Shown here in pieces: positions 49,374 through 61,650 of a stretch of DNA of 64,000 bases. The translations under genes were made by a program, and so were the position numbers. The stretch's first letter is position 1. Every line of letters starts with the position of its first letter. The stretch comes from Macrostomum lignano (lineage: Eukaryota): contig NIVC01000105.1 in NCBI GenBank assembly GCA_002269645.1, forward strand, positions 659,992-723,991, written 5' to 3'. The notes below the pieces were generated by a model. It did not search any database. It was not told the DNA's origin and worked only from the letters and a program-made list of their open reading frames with translations.

Positions 49374-52300
49374 GTTTTCGAATTTAAAATGAATTGAGGG
49401 GACACAATTTGTATCTACATGTCTTGGATTGATTTTTTGTGCTCATGAGTATAAAATAGATTTTGATGAAAAAATTTTTTCCATTTAGTGTTAATTATGC
49501 GGTTTTAAATACAAATAAAAAGCGCGAATGGGTAATAATTAGCAAAGACATCAAGACTATATATATTCAGAATAAAAATTATTTATAGAATCAAAAGTCA
49601 CAGAACTGTATGATTTTACTACATTTGTGTGTACTTGAATCAAAATTTGTTTAAATTTAAAAAAATTAAAACTGTGATTGCCCCACTTTTCGCTTTCGCA
49701 GAGATTTCACATGTGGTAGGGCGATCTACCACTGTCTGAGCGAGATTTCGTCAGGTGGTGAAATTTTGCTATGACTCATTTTGTCACCTAGTGCGCCGCC
49801 CCTTGCCCCACCCCTCGCCCCATCTTTTGACGAAGTCGTTTTTTGTTATTTCCCGTTTACGTTTCCGTTGCCCCATCGTTTGCCCCATCCTCTGCCCCAT
49901 CCCCTGCCTTGCCTGTTGCCTGTTGCCCCATCGCTGTCCGGACGACACTTTCACTATTTATAAGGCCAATTCGGGCCGCCAGTTTGCTTACTCTTGTGTG
50001 GTTTTGTTTTCTTTTGGTTTTAGTTCCTTTTTCCGCGTTCGCGTGCGCATTTTTGATTCGATCCGTTTGCTTATTCTGCCCGTCATTTATTTCTTAGTGA
50101 GTTCAATAGCGATCGCCGTTTAATAACTTAATTAGCGTTTTGATTGTTTTGTTAGTTGATTGGCACCCGGCACCTGCCGCGATCATCTTCGTTTAATAAT
50201 ATTTCTATTTAAAAATTTAATACCGCCTGCTAATAATAATAATAATAATAATAAGCCTTCTTATTCGCTCTTCTTAGTTGGTGTGTATTTTAATTGCCTT
50301 GTATAAAAAACTTTTTCGCTTAAAACTTTAACTTTTAAAAACTTAATTACCCTATTCTATCACATCCAGGGTCGCACCAGGCTCGATTGCTCACTCGCAA
50401 GGCAGATGTACTATGTAAGGAGATGAGTGAGCTGCGTGAATCTAGTGGCTGTCAGTATTCGCTGAAAGATCTGGGAGATCCGTCGTCGTCAATTTACTCA
50501 CGCCTCGACAGCCACACCGCCAGGCCCTTTCCACTGACTGTGCAGCTTGCGGCTATTGAGATATTCATCATTACTGTTCGCACAGCAGAGGAAGTTCAGC
50601 GAGTTAGTGCCGAACGTAATACTCTGGCTCGCTTTAGAGCATTCAGGATGCCAATGACGGAACTTTGCAGCAATTCGTCCGACTGCTCATCCTCATCCGA
50701 TGATGATCTGGATTGAGATTTTTGGCTTATTGCTTATCACTTACGTATGTGCTCTGTACTCTTGTCATGACAGCATGCCCTATGTTATGCTTGCCCTGAA
50801 GTGTCTTGCACGCAAAGGGGGTCGGCCCATAAACGGCTTCTCCGTAATAAGCAAAGTCAGCCTGGAGCAAGAATTTTCAGGCAAAGGAGACTCATTCAAT
50901 TAAAAATTTAATTCATATAAAAAATAATTGAGGACACAAAATTAATGTGGACAGAAACAAACCTTGGATCATAGAACTGTCCTGAATTGAGTCAATGAAA
51001 ATGCGGTTAAGAACAGAAATTAGTTAAAAACTTGATGTGCGTTCAGGATTTGGCGATGGAATGCCAGTCGTGATGTCACCAGCCGGCTATGTACTGAGCT
51101 CACCAGACTGCACTTAACGAAACTAGGCTTCAGAAACTAGTTGCTACCCAAGGCCACCTGGGACAGGGAACCCCTCCGAGCCCATTGACAGGTGCGACAG
51201 GTGCAACTCGTAAATCCCAATTACAATCCAACTGCTGATTTGCGAGTGTCTAAGCAGCTAAATACGAAGAGCCGATGTAATTCTTTGCTAGTTCTACGAG
51301 TGGCATGACCTCTATTATTGATTCTCTATTAATTACTACCTTAATTTTTGTTTGTTTCGTTCATTTACTTTTGCAGCTTTTCGCGCTAAATTGTTTTTTT
51401 GCTACTTGTAGCATATCACCATCTTGTCTCTTTGTTTGTTTTGTTCATAAGACTTAGGATTCGCTTGTTTGTATGTTTTTTGAATAAATTTTATGTGAAT
51501 CTCCATCTCCCCCGCATATATAATATCTCCCAAGTGCTACTCTTCCAATTCAAACAATGATGCTCAGCTTTATATACAATTATGATTATTTTTTATTGTG
51601 CAATGTCTGACTTAATTAATTAAACCTGCCAACTCATATATGGTGCCAATGCATTTTGTCTAAAAGTATGAGCGTTAGAAATAAAAATAATAGAAAAACT
51701 CGACCGACGGATATGTGCGCTTCGATCGTCATGGCATATTTTAATTATTTGTTCCTAATTGCTTTTAAGTGCATTAAATTTCACTGCTAAAGAGTCTTAA
51801 AAATCGTAAATATTCATGCAGTGTTACTGTATCTTAAAAATTCTTTGAAAAATCTGCTAAGATCTGACAAGATCCTTCAAGTAGGAACTCTTAAGATCAT
51901 TGGGATTCTTCAAAGATAAAGTGGACATTGCATTGGAGTCTGGAAACGCCATGGGTGGGAACAAGAAAAGCTGCTCACAATGGAGCGCCAAGCTGCTGCA
52001 GTGGTATAAGAGGAGCGCCACATACTTTGCTAGCTCATTGGGGGGCCCTTGCAATCCTCTGACCATTTTGCAGGGGTAGAAGGATCGGCTGGCTTGTACG
52101 TGTAGCTTGGGGGTACTGGATGGTCGTGGGATTTTTTCAGGCCGAATTGGGTCCGAAGTGGTAGCCTGTCCTTGTTAAAGAACGGGCACTAACAGATGAA
52201 GTGTTCGTCAGGGTTTGTACAGTACAGCGTGCACTATGAATGTCTAGTACATGTGAGGCAGGCCAATTTTCTTTCTAAATAAATAATAGCCCGCTTTTCG

Positions 52301-54146
52301 TGAGATCAAATTCCCGCAAAATAACAAAAGGCTATTTCCGCGCATATATGAACTCGCGTGTTTTGTTTTAACCCCGCGCAGAAACCCCACTCCCCCCGCT
52401 ACATAATGAGCTGCGCAGAGAGAAATAAAGACAACCCTCGCAGTCCGAGCTTCCTTGCAATCAAGCAAGCAAACCTGATATAAGATTGTATGTAAGGGAG
52501 AAAGTCCCAAAGGAAGATCCGCAGTTTGGCAGATTGAGATAGTCATTGGAGTTTATCCACTGGAGTAAGGGAGAAATTCCCACAGAATTGGAGAACATTC
52601 CATTGAGGAGAAAGTTATGCAGCAGCAGATGCTATAAGGGAGAGTGTTGGCATTCCGACCTCGATAATCTTAGAGCCGCTGGGCCCGTAACTAAGACTGC
52701 ACTCAATCGTGTCTTGCCGCTCGGACACACAAAACGCTACAAGGAACCCCTGTTGAAGCAGACCCGGTATTTAGGCCGCTACCTGTTAAAGAGTGCACCC
52801 AGTGAGATATTTTCCCCATAGAGAAGGAGTCCTCTAACATATTTTGTCGTCAGTAAAGTGATAAAACCCGGAAAGCCAAGACCCCTGTAACATATTTGGA
52901 GGCCGCGTTGAGATATTTTTCCCCCAGAGACAGAGGCCTGTAACACACGCTTGCTTTGTATATATATTATATACATCCCCGCGGCGCTCACTGTCTCTCT
53001 TTCTGTCTCGCGTACGCAGCTGTTACGTAACCTCGACTGTATGCGACTGCTTATATTAACTGATAAGTGGACACCAAATAGACTCGCACTCTGTTTATAG
53101 TCATTCGCTCTTACAGTGTTGAGCATATTCGTTGTGGCGCTGAACATATGTCAACAACACGCACTCTATCGCCCGTCGGCCTGTCCCATGCAAGCGAGGC
53201 TACTGCACCTTCGGCTACTCCAGCTGGCAGCCAACAGCCGGTACAGGTGCTGCTGCTCACGATGATGCCCGTCTCAGCAATTTAAAATAGAATTGCACAC
53301 TGCTTACCAGACTTTTAGCCTGTGCCCGTGCGCATACATGTACACAGCTAATGTGCTTTAGGATAATTTCCTAAATGCGTCCGGAGAACTTAAAGTAAGA
53401 TCAACGCAATTACTGACACAATCGACACATGTTATGCATTGCGTTGTCTGGGACTCCGCAATAAAGCAGAACTACCTTTGTATTGCTTTATCCTACCGGA
53501 GCAATTACACGAATATATATAACACCGGGTGCATAGTATAGTAGTTTGTCCTACCGACCTACCCCAAGGGACAGCCCATTTGCCTTTACTTCCTACATTT
53601 ACATGTACGGTACATGTAAGGAGTGTTGATGGCCCCGGAACCTCTTAAGTCCCCATCGGTGCATGGTTGAGTCACTTCCCGGTCGTCAGTTGCCGCTGCT
53701 CAGTTGTGATTTCGTGCAGGGATTTCATAAAGAATTTTACTGTCAAACAAGCACATATTGCATAGAACATTGAAGAGGCTTAGTGGCGCAGGCATGGTTT
53801 ATTTGAGAGATGTGTTAAAGGATTTAAAGGCAGTGGCGATATTCCACAACCCAAGGACATTTATATAAATATAGCATCGGCCTGTTCAGCACAGTAAGCG
53901 CGCACCCGCACAAGCGCGCCTGTGTAAAATATATTTTATGGCAAGTCTGGCACAGTCGCGCTTGAAATGGTGGCAGCTGAAGTTAAAATTAAGTGAAGTA
54001 AAGTCTTTCGTTGAAGGAAGATGGCAGTTGCAAGAATCTCGGCTGCTGCAAGGACAACTGATGTTATACGTTATAATATCTACTTAGTAGTCCTTGGGCT
54101 GCTGCTAACTGGGCAAGCCGTGGTACAGTCCCGGCATGTCCGGCTG

Positions 54147-54344
54147 CTACTGACTGGGCCAAAACTTGTCATTTTCGACGAAGCTGGTTGTAAGCAGCTG
54201 ATAGGAGATACTAGGCACTGTCCTAAATGTGCCATCCATGTGCCAGCATGTAGCTTGACTCACGCCTGAGCATGTCAGGGTGAGCAAAGATGAGTTCATG
54301 GCCATCATCAGCAGATGATACACGTCCCTGAAGAATTGTGACAC
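54147..54344 (-). pseudogene. MULE transposase fragment (first catalytic Asp region)
   Basis: WHMDGTFRTVPSI.YQL matches the DGTF..P..QL motif. Confidence 0.7.
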
Positions 54345-55189
54345 TGTTGACTACTGGGCCGACTCTTTGACCTTCGATTGGCTCCACTCACAAAAGGAGA
54401 AATTCTGGGGCTCTGTCCCCTCTTCAAGTTGCTGCAGTCACACTACCATACGAGAAAGATCAAACAAGAGGTGCAGAATATAAGCACAAAGAGAATGGAG
54501 AGTATGGAGAAGGTGATGAGAGCACGGGCTAAAAATATAAAAGCCACGCATTTTAGATGAAGGTGATCCGAATAATCTAGTTCACCGGTTCTCTTCTCTC
54601 TCCGTCACCCCGCTTGAGCAGATTTACTTTTACTATTCTGCTCTTTTATGAAATGGTGTCAACTGCAGTTCTGAACGGTTCTGCGTATAACAGATATATA
54701 CTGATATAACTCTGTGGATCAGAATTTGCATGTTAAAATATTTTCGCAATCATTGAAATTTTCAAGAACAGAAAGAATTGGATGTAAAACATGGTCGCTC
54801 CAGATTCAATTTTGATTCTTTGAGCAAAAGTTTCCTCCGTCAGAAAATGCCATGACTTCGCAACTCCAAAACTTTTATACTGGCGCTACAAATGCGGCTT
54901 CGTAAGGCGCCGTGGAAGAAACACCAAAGGCTCATGTGTCCGCAGAAGTTCCTAAGCGCAAAACACTAAACATACTGAGCTGAGAAATTTAACTATATGT
55001 AAATATATGTAAAAGTACTAGGGATTTTGCATAGAGTATCGGAATGACATTGAGTTTCCTAAAACCGAAAGGGAGTCGAATAACTTCCAGGACGCCACGA
55101 AAAAAAAAACGACAGCAATGCAAAATGCGTGTTCTTTCAACCCTGTTTTCATCTCAGTCCGTTACAAAAATAAGGAAGAAAACAGCACT

Positions 55190-56557
55190 TTAGTACAGCA
55201 TAGTCCCCTCGCTGGAGCTGCCAACGCCAGTCACGGTAGCGAAGCCGCCGGCCGAGCCACGACCGACGACGACCGCAGATCCGCCGGCCGAGCCGCGACC
55301 GACGACGACCGCAGATCCGCCGGCCGAGCCGCGACCGCCGACGACCGCAGATCCGCCGGCCGGGCCACGATCGCCGACGACCGCAGATCCGCCGGCCGAG
55401 CCGCGACCGACGATGACCGCAGATCCGCCGGCCGAGCCACGATCGCCGACGACCGCAGATCCGCCGGCCGAGCCGCGACCGACGATGACCGCAGATCCGC
55501 CGGCCGAGCCGCGACCGACGACGACCGCAGATCCGCCGGCCGAGCCGCGACCGACGACGACCGCAGATCCGCCGGCCGAGCCGCGACCGCCGACGACCGC
55601 AGATCCGCCGGCCGGGCCACGATCGCCGACGACCGCAGATCCGCCGGCCGAGCCGCGACCGACGATGACCGCAGATCCGCCGGCCGAGCCACGATCGCCG
55701 ACGACCGCAGATCCGCCGGCCGAGCCGCGACCGACGATGACCGCAGATCCGCCGGCCGAGCCGCGACCGACGACGACCGCAGATCCGCCGGCCGAGACGC
55801 GACCGACGACGACCGCAGATCCGCCGGCCGAGCCGCGACCGCCGACGACCGCAGATCCGCCGGCCGAGCCGCGACCGACGACGACCGCAGATCCGCCGGC
55901 CGGGCCACGACCGCCGACGACGGCAGATCCGCCGGCCGAGCCGCGACCGACGATGACCGCAGATCCACCGGCCGAGTCCGAGCTGAGCCTGAAGGCCTGG
56001 GCAGCAGCACCGACCGGCCACAGGTCGGACGCAGGATTAGGATCGGATGACAGCGTGTGAGGCCTCGAAGCAGCACTAGCAGCCGGAGGCCGATTCTCAG
56101 ACTCGATGCGGATGAATCGTAAGTGGCCACGCGATTCATACGTCTCCCGAAGCTCTGCGGCGTTCATCTCCGCAGGATTTTTAATGCTCGGGAAGAATGC
56201 GCCACGTAGGTTTTTAAAATTTAGCTTGGCGCCCATTCCGGCTTGAGCTGAGAAAGAATGTAATAGATGAAGCCTGTAATATGGATTCGAACAAACTGAT
56301 TGCGATCACAAAATAGCCACAAAAGCAACTGATGAAAATGGTCCGCCAGATTTTAGAGAGCTCGCGCTTCCACTATAGCCTTGAGTCACAGCTGAATTAA
56401 ACAAGCGAAGTGGAAAATACACAAGCCAACAAGTAAGCAATATTGTCATCTCACCATATGCCATGCGAACTGATGCCCGAACCTCTTTGCGCATGTGCTC
56501 AACCGTGGGTTTTCGAGTGGAAGGCTCTGCCAGGCCAGCACTCAGTAAGTCGAACTT
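55190..56557 (-). CDS. Uncharacterised spliced gene segment (exons 56557-56455 and 56247-55190) with 20 x 12-aa Gly/Ser/Ala/Val repeat
   Basis: Phase-1 donor TATG|GTGAG (56454) and acceptor ttctcag|CT (56248) join in frame to ORF 55190-56236. Confidence 0.55.
55245..55976. repeat. 36-bp GC-rich tandem repeat, 20 copies
   Basis: ccgccggccgagccgcgaccgacgacgaccgcagat, period 36 (55245 to 55965). Confidence 0.98.
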
Positions 56558-57389
56558 CTGTAACGAAGAAGCAAGCGAAAAATATACGTAATGCTGCAAA
56601 CATATGCATTGCTAAATAGATGGATTTTATAATGTGCACCTTAGAAATATTAGAATTTTATAATATCTTAAGGGACTAAGTAGCCGAGCGGTAACGAATC
56701 GGACTGCCACGAATAATTCTTGGGCTTAATTCTGCAGCGCAGTACATTAATTTGTGGGGCGGATGGCCACCTGGGGATTGTGCGATTTATGCCACTAGGC
56801 CAACCCCCAGGCAGTGGTAAAAATGCCTGCCGACGAGAAAGTCAGAGCAGATGTATACCTCTATGTGAGTGTGCACCTGCGTACGTATCCGTGTGTGTGC
56901 TCAAAGTCAGCGGAATGGGCGGAATTGCCTCCGTGCTGGCTTTGAAATGATGTCACCCAAGGCGTTGCGCCAGGTTACCCTCGTGTAATAAAAAGAAAGA
57001 ATTGTACCCATCGTAGATAATTGGAGAATCTGTAGATAAAGGTCCGTAAACAACTCTGGAAATTTTTGACCTACTTGTAAAAGTCCAGAATTTTCGTTTA
57101 GAAGTCCTGCGACTTCGGGAGACGCACAAGTGCGAAAGCTTGAGCCGTTGCGCTTCTTGACTATCAGTAAGATGTGGTAATCAGCATACAGTCCTCGTGC
57201 CTGGAAGTGAATAAGCAGATTTACAGATGCTCAGCAGATCCTGGCTATAAAACATTGCACGGGCCTGGGGTAGTATGTGCGTAATAAGTTATTATTGAGG
57301 GGGGGAAACAGCAAACTGTTTACTAATGTACGCATTTATGTGTGTGCAATTTGAGTGCGACATTGAGCTAAATATTGAAGGATAGAATG

Positions 57390-57665
57390 AGGGGGGGGGT
57401 AGAATGTGAGGGAATGGAAGGGTAGAATGGGAAGGAATAGAAGGGTAGAATGGGAAGGAATAGAAGGGTAGAATGGGAGGGAATGGAGGGGGTAGAATGT
57501 GAGGGAATGGAAGTGTAGAACGGGAGGGAATGGTGGGGGTAGAATGGGAGGGAATGGAGGGGTAGAATGGGAGGGAATGGTGGGGGTAGAATGGGAGGGA
57601 ATGGAGGGGTAGAATGGGAAGTAATGGAAGGGGAGAACGGGAGGGAAAGGTGGGGTAGAATGGGA
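57390..57665. repeat. G-rich tandem repeat of about 20 bp (ggggtagaatgggagggaat)
   Basis: Direct reading. Confidence 0.9.
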
Positions 57666-57959
57666 GACACAGAAAAACTGCTTACTAGAACAAATATAAT
57701 ATTAAAGTACACATTGCAACATTTTTGTTAGCATTAGCTAGATAGAGGCACCTGGAAAAGAGTTGGCAATATCCAACTATAACTTATTGAACTTAAGGTA
57801 GTTAAATAGTTCCATATTTTCTAGCTCTATAGTTTTGCCTTTTTGAAAGGTGCTTGAAATGCTGAATTCAATTTTCCAATTTGAAATCCATTTCCAGATT
57901 TTGAATTGCCTTGGGTTTATAGCTTAAAACCCAAGGGTGAAAAGATTGAGGGGCAGGAT

Positions 57960-58165
57960 GGCGGAAATTGGGGGATGGGCAGGATAGGAGGGAATTGGGG
58001 GATGGACAGGATAGGAGGGAATTGGGGGGTGGGCAGGATAGGAGGGAATTGGGGGGTGGGCAGGATAGGAGGGAATTGGGGGTGGGCAGGATAGGAGGGA
58101 ATTGGGGGTGGGCAGGATAGGAGGGAATTGGGGGGTGGGCAGGATAGGAGGGAATTGGGGAAGGG
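57960..58165. repeat. G-rich 27-28-bp tandem repeat (ggcaggataggagggaattggggggtg), about 7 copies
   Basis: Direct reading. Confidence 0.93.
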
Positions 58166-59595
58166 CAAAGATGGGAGATAATTGAGAAGCATGATATAAA
58201 GGAATTAAGAGAGGGAAAAAGTAAAAATATAATGATTGAGAGAACAGACATAGGTAGAGGATAGGCAGACTAGAGTAGATAGGCCTAGGCTAAATGCAAT
58301 ATAAGTATATAATTCATATGACAATAAATATAAAGTAAATACACAACTGAACTAATATTAATTAATTTATTCATTAGGAAGGTTATTGGCTTCTTTTTCT
58401 TTTTCTATAGCTAGGCCTATACATTTCATAATATTGGCCTACAACAATTATTAGATTGTTAGACAAGAAGCATAAAATATAATAGGGTCTAAAATAGCTA
58501 GCCTATTTTAGACCATATACATTTTATAGACTAATAATTTAGTAGGCCTACTCTTAATAGCTATAGGCATATTACTAAAATAAAATAACATAGCTAGCTA
58601 CCTATCATAGGCCTAAAATTGACAAGGCCTTTTGTGTTTCTTTTCATGGTACAAGTATAGAGTGATATTAAAATAAAGAATACAACTAAGAGCTAAAAAA
58701 TTATACTAAATACCTGGCAATAAAGAAGAAAAACAAAGTAGATTAAAGCACAATGCAGTACAAAATGGCCCACATATTGATAAGAAGGCCAATATAAGGC
58801 CAATAACTGGGTGAGCCAAGGCCACCTAGCTAGCTAGCCATCAAGCTTTTTCTTTTTTAAGCCCAATTAAAATATATATCTGCCTGCAACAGGACCATTT
58901 CATCCTTATTGTCAAGAGGTCCAAGTAGCTAGTTTATTTTACAATCATTAACCTCCTAATTAAATTTCATTCAGTCATGTCATACATGGCTTTTTGTGCA
59001 AGCTAGGGCGACACATTTCCAAAGTTTTCGACTCTATAGACACAAACTGCTTTATTAGTCTAGGTCTTGAATTCATACATACTAACACAATGCCCTATAC
59101 TAATTAAATATGTCGAGCCATTATAATATTGGTTGTGCGTAGGCTTTTGAATTGCGCGCCATAACTGCCCAATACAAGTATATACAGTCCGCTTTTAATC
59201 AGAAGGAAAGCATGTTATGCTGGCAGTCGACATGCCATCTACCCTATCTAATCGTAGAAAACGTTTACCTAATCTACCGATTAAATCCATGCTGGTCGGG
59301 TGTAAAAATGAGTCTCCGAATCTGGTATTCTGCTTGTATACATGCTAATTAGGAACGTGCCAATAAAACCGTCACAAGATCTGCGATCCTAGGAGGATGG
59401 GGGTTGAATACCGAATTGCAAACATCTTGGCGAAGAATACTTAATGCAAAAAATGCTGCCCGAAAGAAATATAAACATGCTTTTGTGGTTCTGATATCCA
59501 CATAAATTAAAGTTGAATGAATCACATAACAATTATTATCGATCGACTCTTTCATTTTGGATACACCTCGTAACGAAGTTGCGCAAAAGTGCAAG

Positions 59596-60147
59596 TCAAA
59601 TCCTGTCACAGAAGACACAAGTTGAAATGCATGATTGTCGAATGCACGCTTCGTGAAACCAGATGAAACATTTTTCGCACTGTATCTGAAAGGAAAATGA
59701 AAATTCTAAATTGGAGTTTACTGCCAAGACACTGCTCAGCAATACCTTTATGAAATCTCTTTTTGATACATTTCCAAAATTTACGAAATCGTAATAACGC
59801 TTCCTACTCGTACGCATAAGAAGGTAAAATTTTCGCTAAAACTTACAAACCAATGCATACTACTCACCCAATTATCGTAGGCACCATCATGTGAAGCCGC
59901 CTCTTTCTCTCCACACATACAGCATAAATTTTCTTGGTCAACCGCCCTGAGAAGCAAATTTTTTCACAATTCCAAACGGCTCAGAGCCATCTCTCTTGGT
60001 GCCGAATTGATATTTAGTGAGCTATCGGATAGTAGCAAATCAGCGAATTTACACACTAACACTCCGCAGCTATTCCCGTCCTGCTGAATCGAGTGCTTTA
60101 TAGTAATAGGCTGTATTGCATGCCAGCCAAAGCAGCGTGGAACGGAG
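59596..60147 (-). pseudogene. 3' exons of an Ulp1/C48 peptidase plus PHD finger gene
   Basis: Exon 60147-59868 has QQDGNSCGVLVCKFA, one in-frame TGA at 59966-64, then CCMC..DNW. Phase-0 intron 59867-59686. Last exon IQCEKCFIWFHEAC..CVFC*. Confidence 0.75.
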
Positions 60148-60192
60148 CTGAGGGCAGAATAAAACACGAGCAGTAATAGAACAACAAACATA

Positions 60193-60961
60193 TGTGACGT
60201 TGTCAGTTTAAGGTGGTCCCGAAAAGGGCCGCTGGACTATATTTTCCCTTGTAAATTCTCATATTAATTTCTCCAATAGTTTATTTTAACGTTTACTTAT
60301 AGTAGTGCCCAACGATTTTGTGGCAATTTCTAATTCAATGCATGTTTTGCTATCCTCTCTCGCGACCGTATAATTTTGGCACGATCGATAATTCTAAGTT
60401 CTCTCGCCAGCCAATGAAAACCACTCGTGCTCGCGCTACCCCCTCTGCGCTCCTTTATTAAACCCCCCGCCTGGCGGCGGCACTCCTCACTTCTTCTAGG
60501 CTCTGTCTGTCCCTTCCTGTCTGTCCTGGGCCTTGTGTGCGTTTTCGCGGCCTTGTTTTCCTTCTCTCTGTCTGGGCCAGCCTGTTACACTGCCTGCCTC
60601 TGTCTGCCACGGCTAACGCCAGTCTCACCACCACGTATCTGCCACTGTTGTACTCATCGCCGTTACTCACCACGTTGCATCGTCTTGCATCACTCGCCTA
60701 CCACTCGACTACAATCTCTAACTCACCTTCACTCCAAAAAACCATTGTTGCAGCTGCCAGTGCCCCAAAAGCGAAATAAGTTCTATATTGATAGTAATTG
60801 CATTGATTATTGATCTCACCAATAATAACCAACTACGGCCAGTTTTCGGCCTTGTATGCCAAGTGCTCCGCTACACAAATCCGCTATCAAGACTTGACTC
60901 GATTCATTTGGGACTAAAACGGCCCTTTTAAGGGTCACGGACAACATCAAATAACGTGACA
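60193..60961 (+). repeat. 5' LTR of Gypsy element 2 (about 769 bp)
   Basis: TGTGACGTTGT...ATAACGTGACA (9/11 inverted termini), followed 6 nt later by the PBS. Confidence 0.75.
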
Positions 60962-60967
60962 TAATTT

Positions 60968-60986
60968 TGGAGGTCCCACCGAGATT
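60968..60986 (+). other. Primer-binding site, tRNA-Gln type
   Basis: TGGAGGTCCCACCGAGATT is complementary to the tRNA-Gln 3' end AATCTCGGTGGGACCTCCA. Confidence 0.85.
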
Positions 60987-61152
60987 CCTACTCAGCACTG
61001 CCGGCTCGCAACTAAGTCAGCACCACCGAGACTCCTGCTCAGCACTGCCGGCTCACAACTACATCAGCGCCATCAAGACTTCTGCTCAGCCCTGCCAGTT
61101 CGCAACCAAGCACCAGCCACCAGCGAGACTTCTGCTCAGCTCTGCCGGCTCG
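60977..61152 (+). repeat. 47-50-bp tandem repeat x4 in the retrotransposon leader
   Basis: Units start at 60977, 61024, 61071 and 61121. A 40-bp duplication also lies at about 61194-61259. Confidence 0.9.
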
Positions 61153-61650
61153 TGACTGAGTGCCGGCCTGCCACGTTTCTGCCTGACGGTCCGCAAGGCT
61201 GCGAGAGCCTGTGCCACGCCTGGGGTTCGGTCTGCAAGGCTGCGAGAGCCTGTGCCACGTCAGGCCCAGGGGTCCTGACTGCCCGGCTGGTCTTCGCTCG
61301 TCGCCGCGAGTCGTCGCTGGTCGTCGCCCTGAGCAACGCGCGCTGTCAACTGCGTTGAGCTCGAGCTTACGCTCTGCCAAGATAGCTCCGCTGCGTGTGC
61401 CAAGCCACGCCAGGTTACGCTGTGCGCTGATTGTTTGTAGGGACTATTGCCTGACAGTTAGTCTGGGTGGTTTGCGTGATAGGACTTTCCCCTATTATAG
61501 GCTTTTTGTGGTTTGCCCCTGTCAGGCACGTATTTTTGTTAGTAGGACGCAATCTCTCTCGTCTCTCTCGCGTCATCAACTTCAATTCGTTTTCTCTGGA
61601 GCCTTATTTTCGTTCACGCTTGGTTCATTCATCTCGCTCAATCTTGCACA

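Noticed and set aside
52240-53157. Possible further solo LTR
   Set aside because: No TG..CA pairing with a matching TSD could be found.
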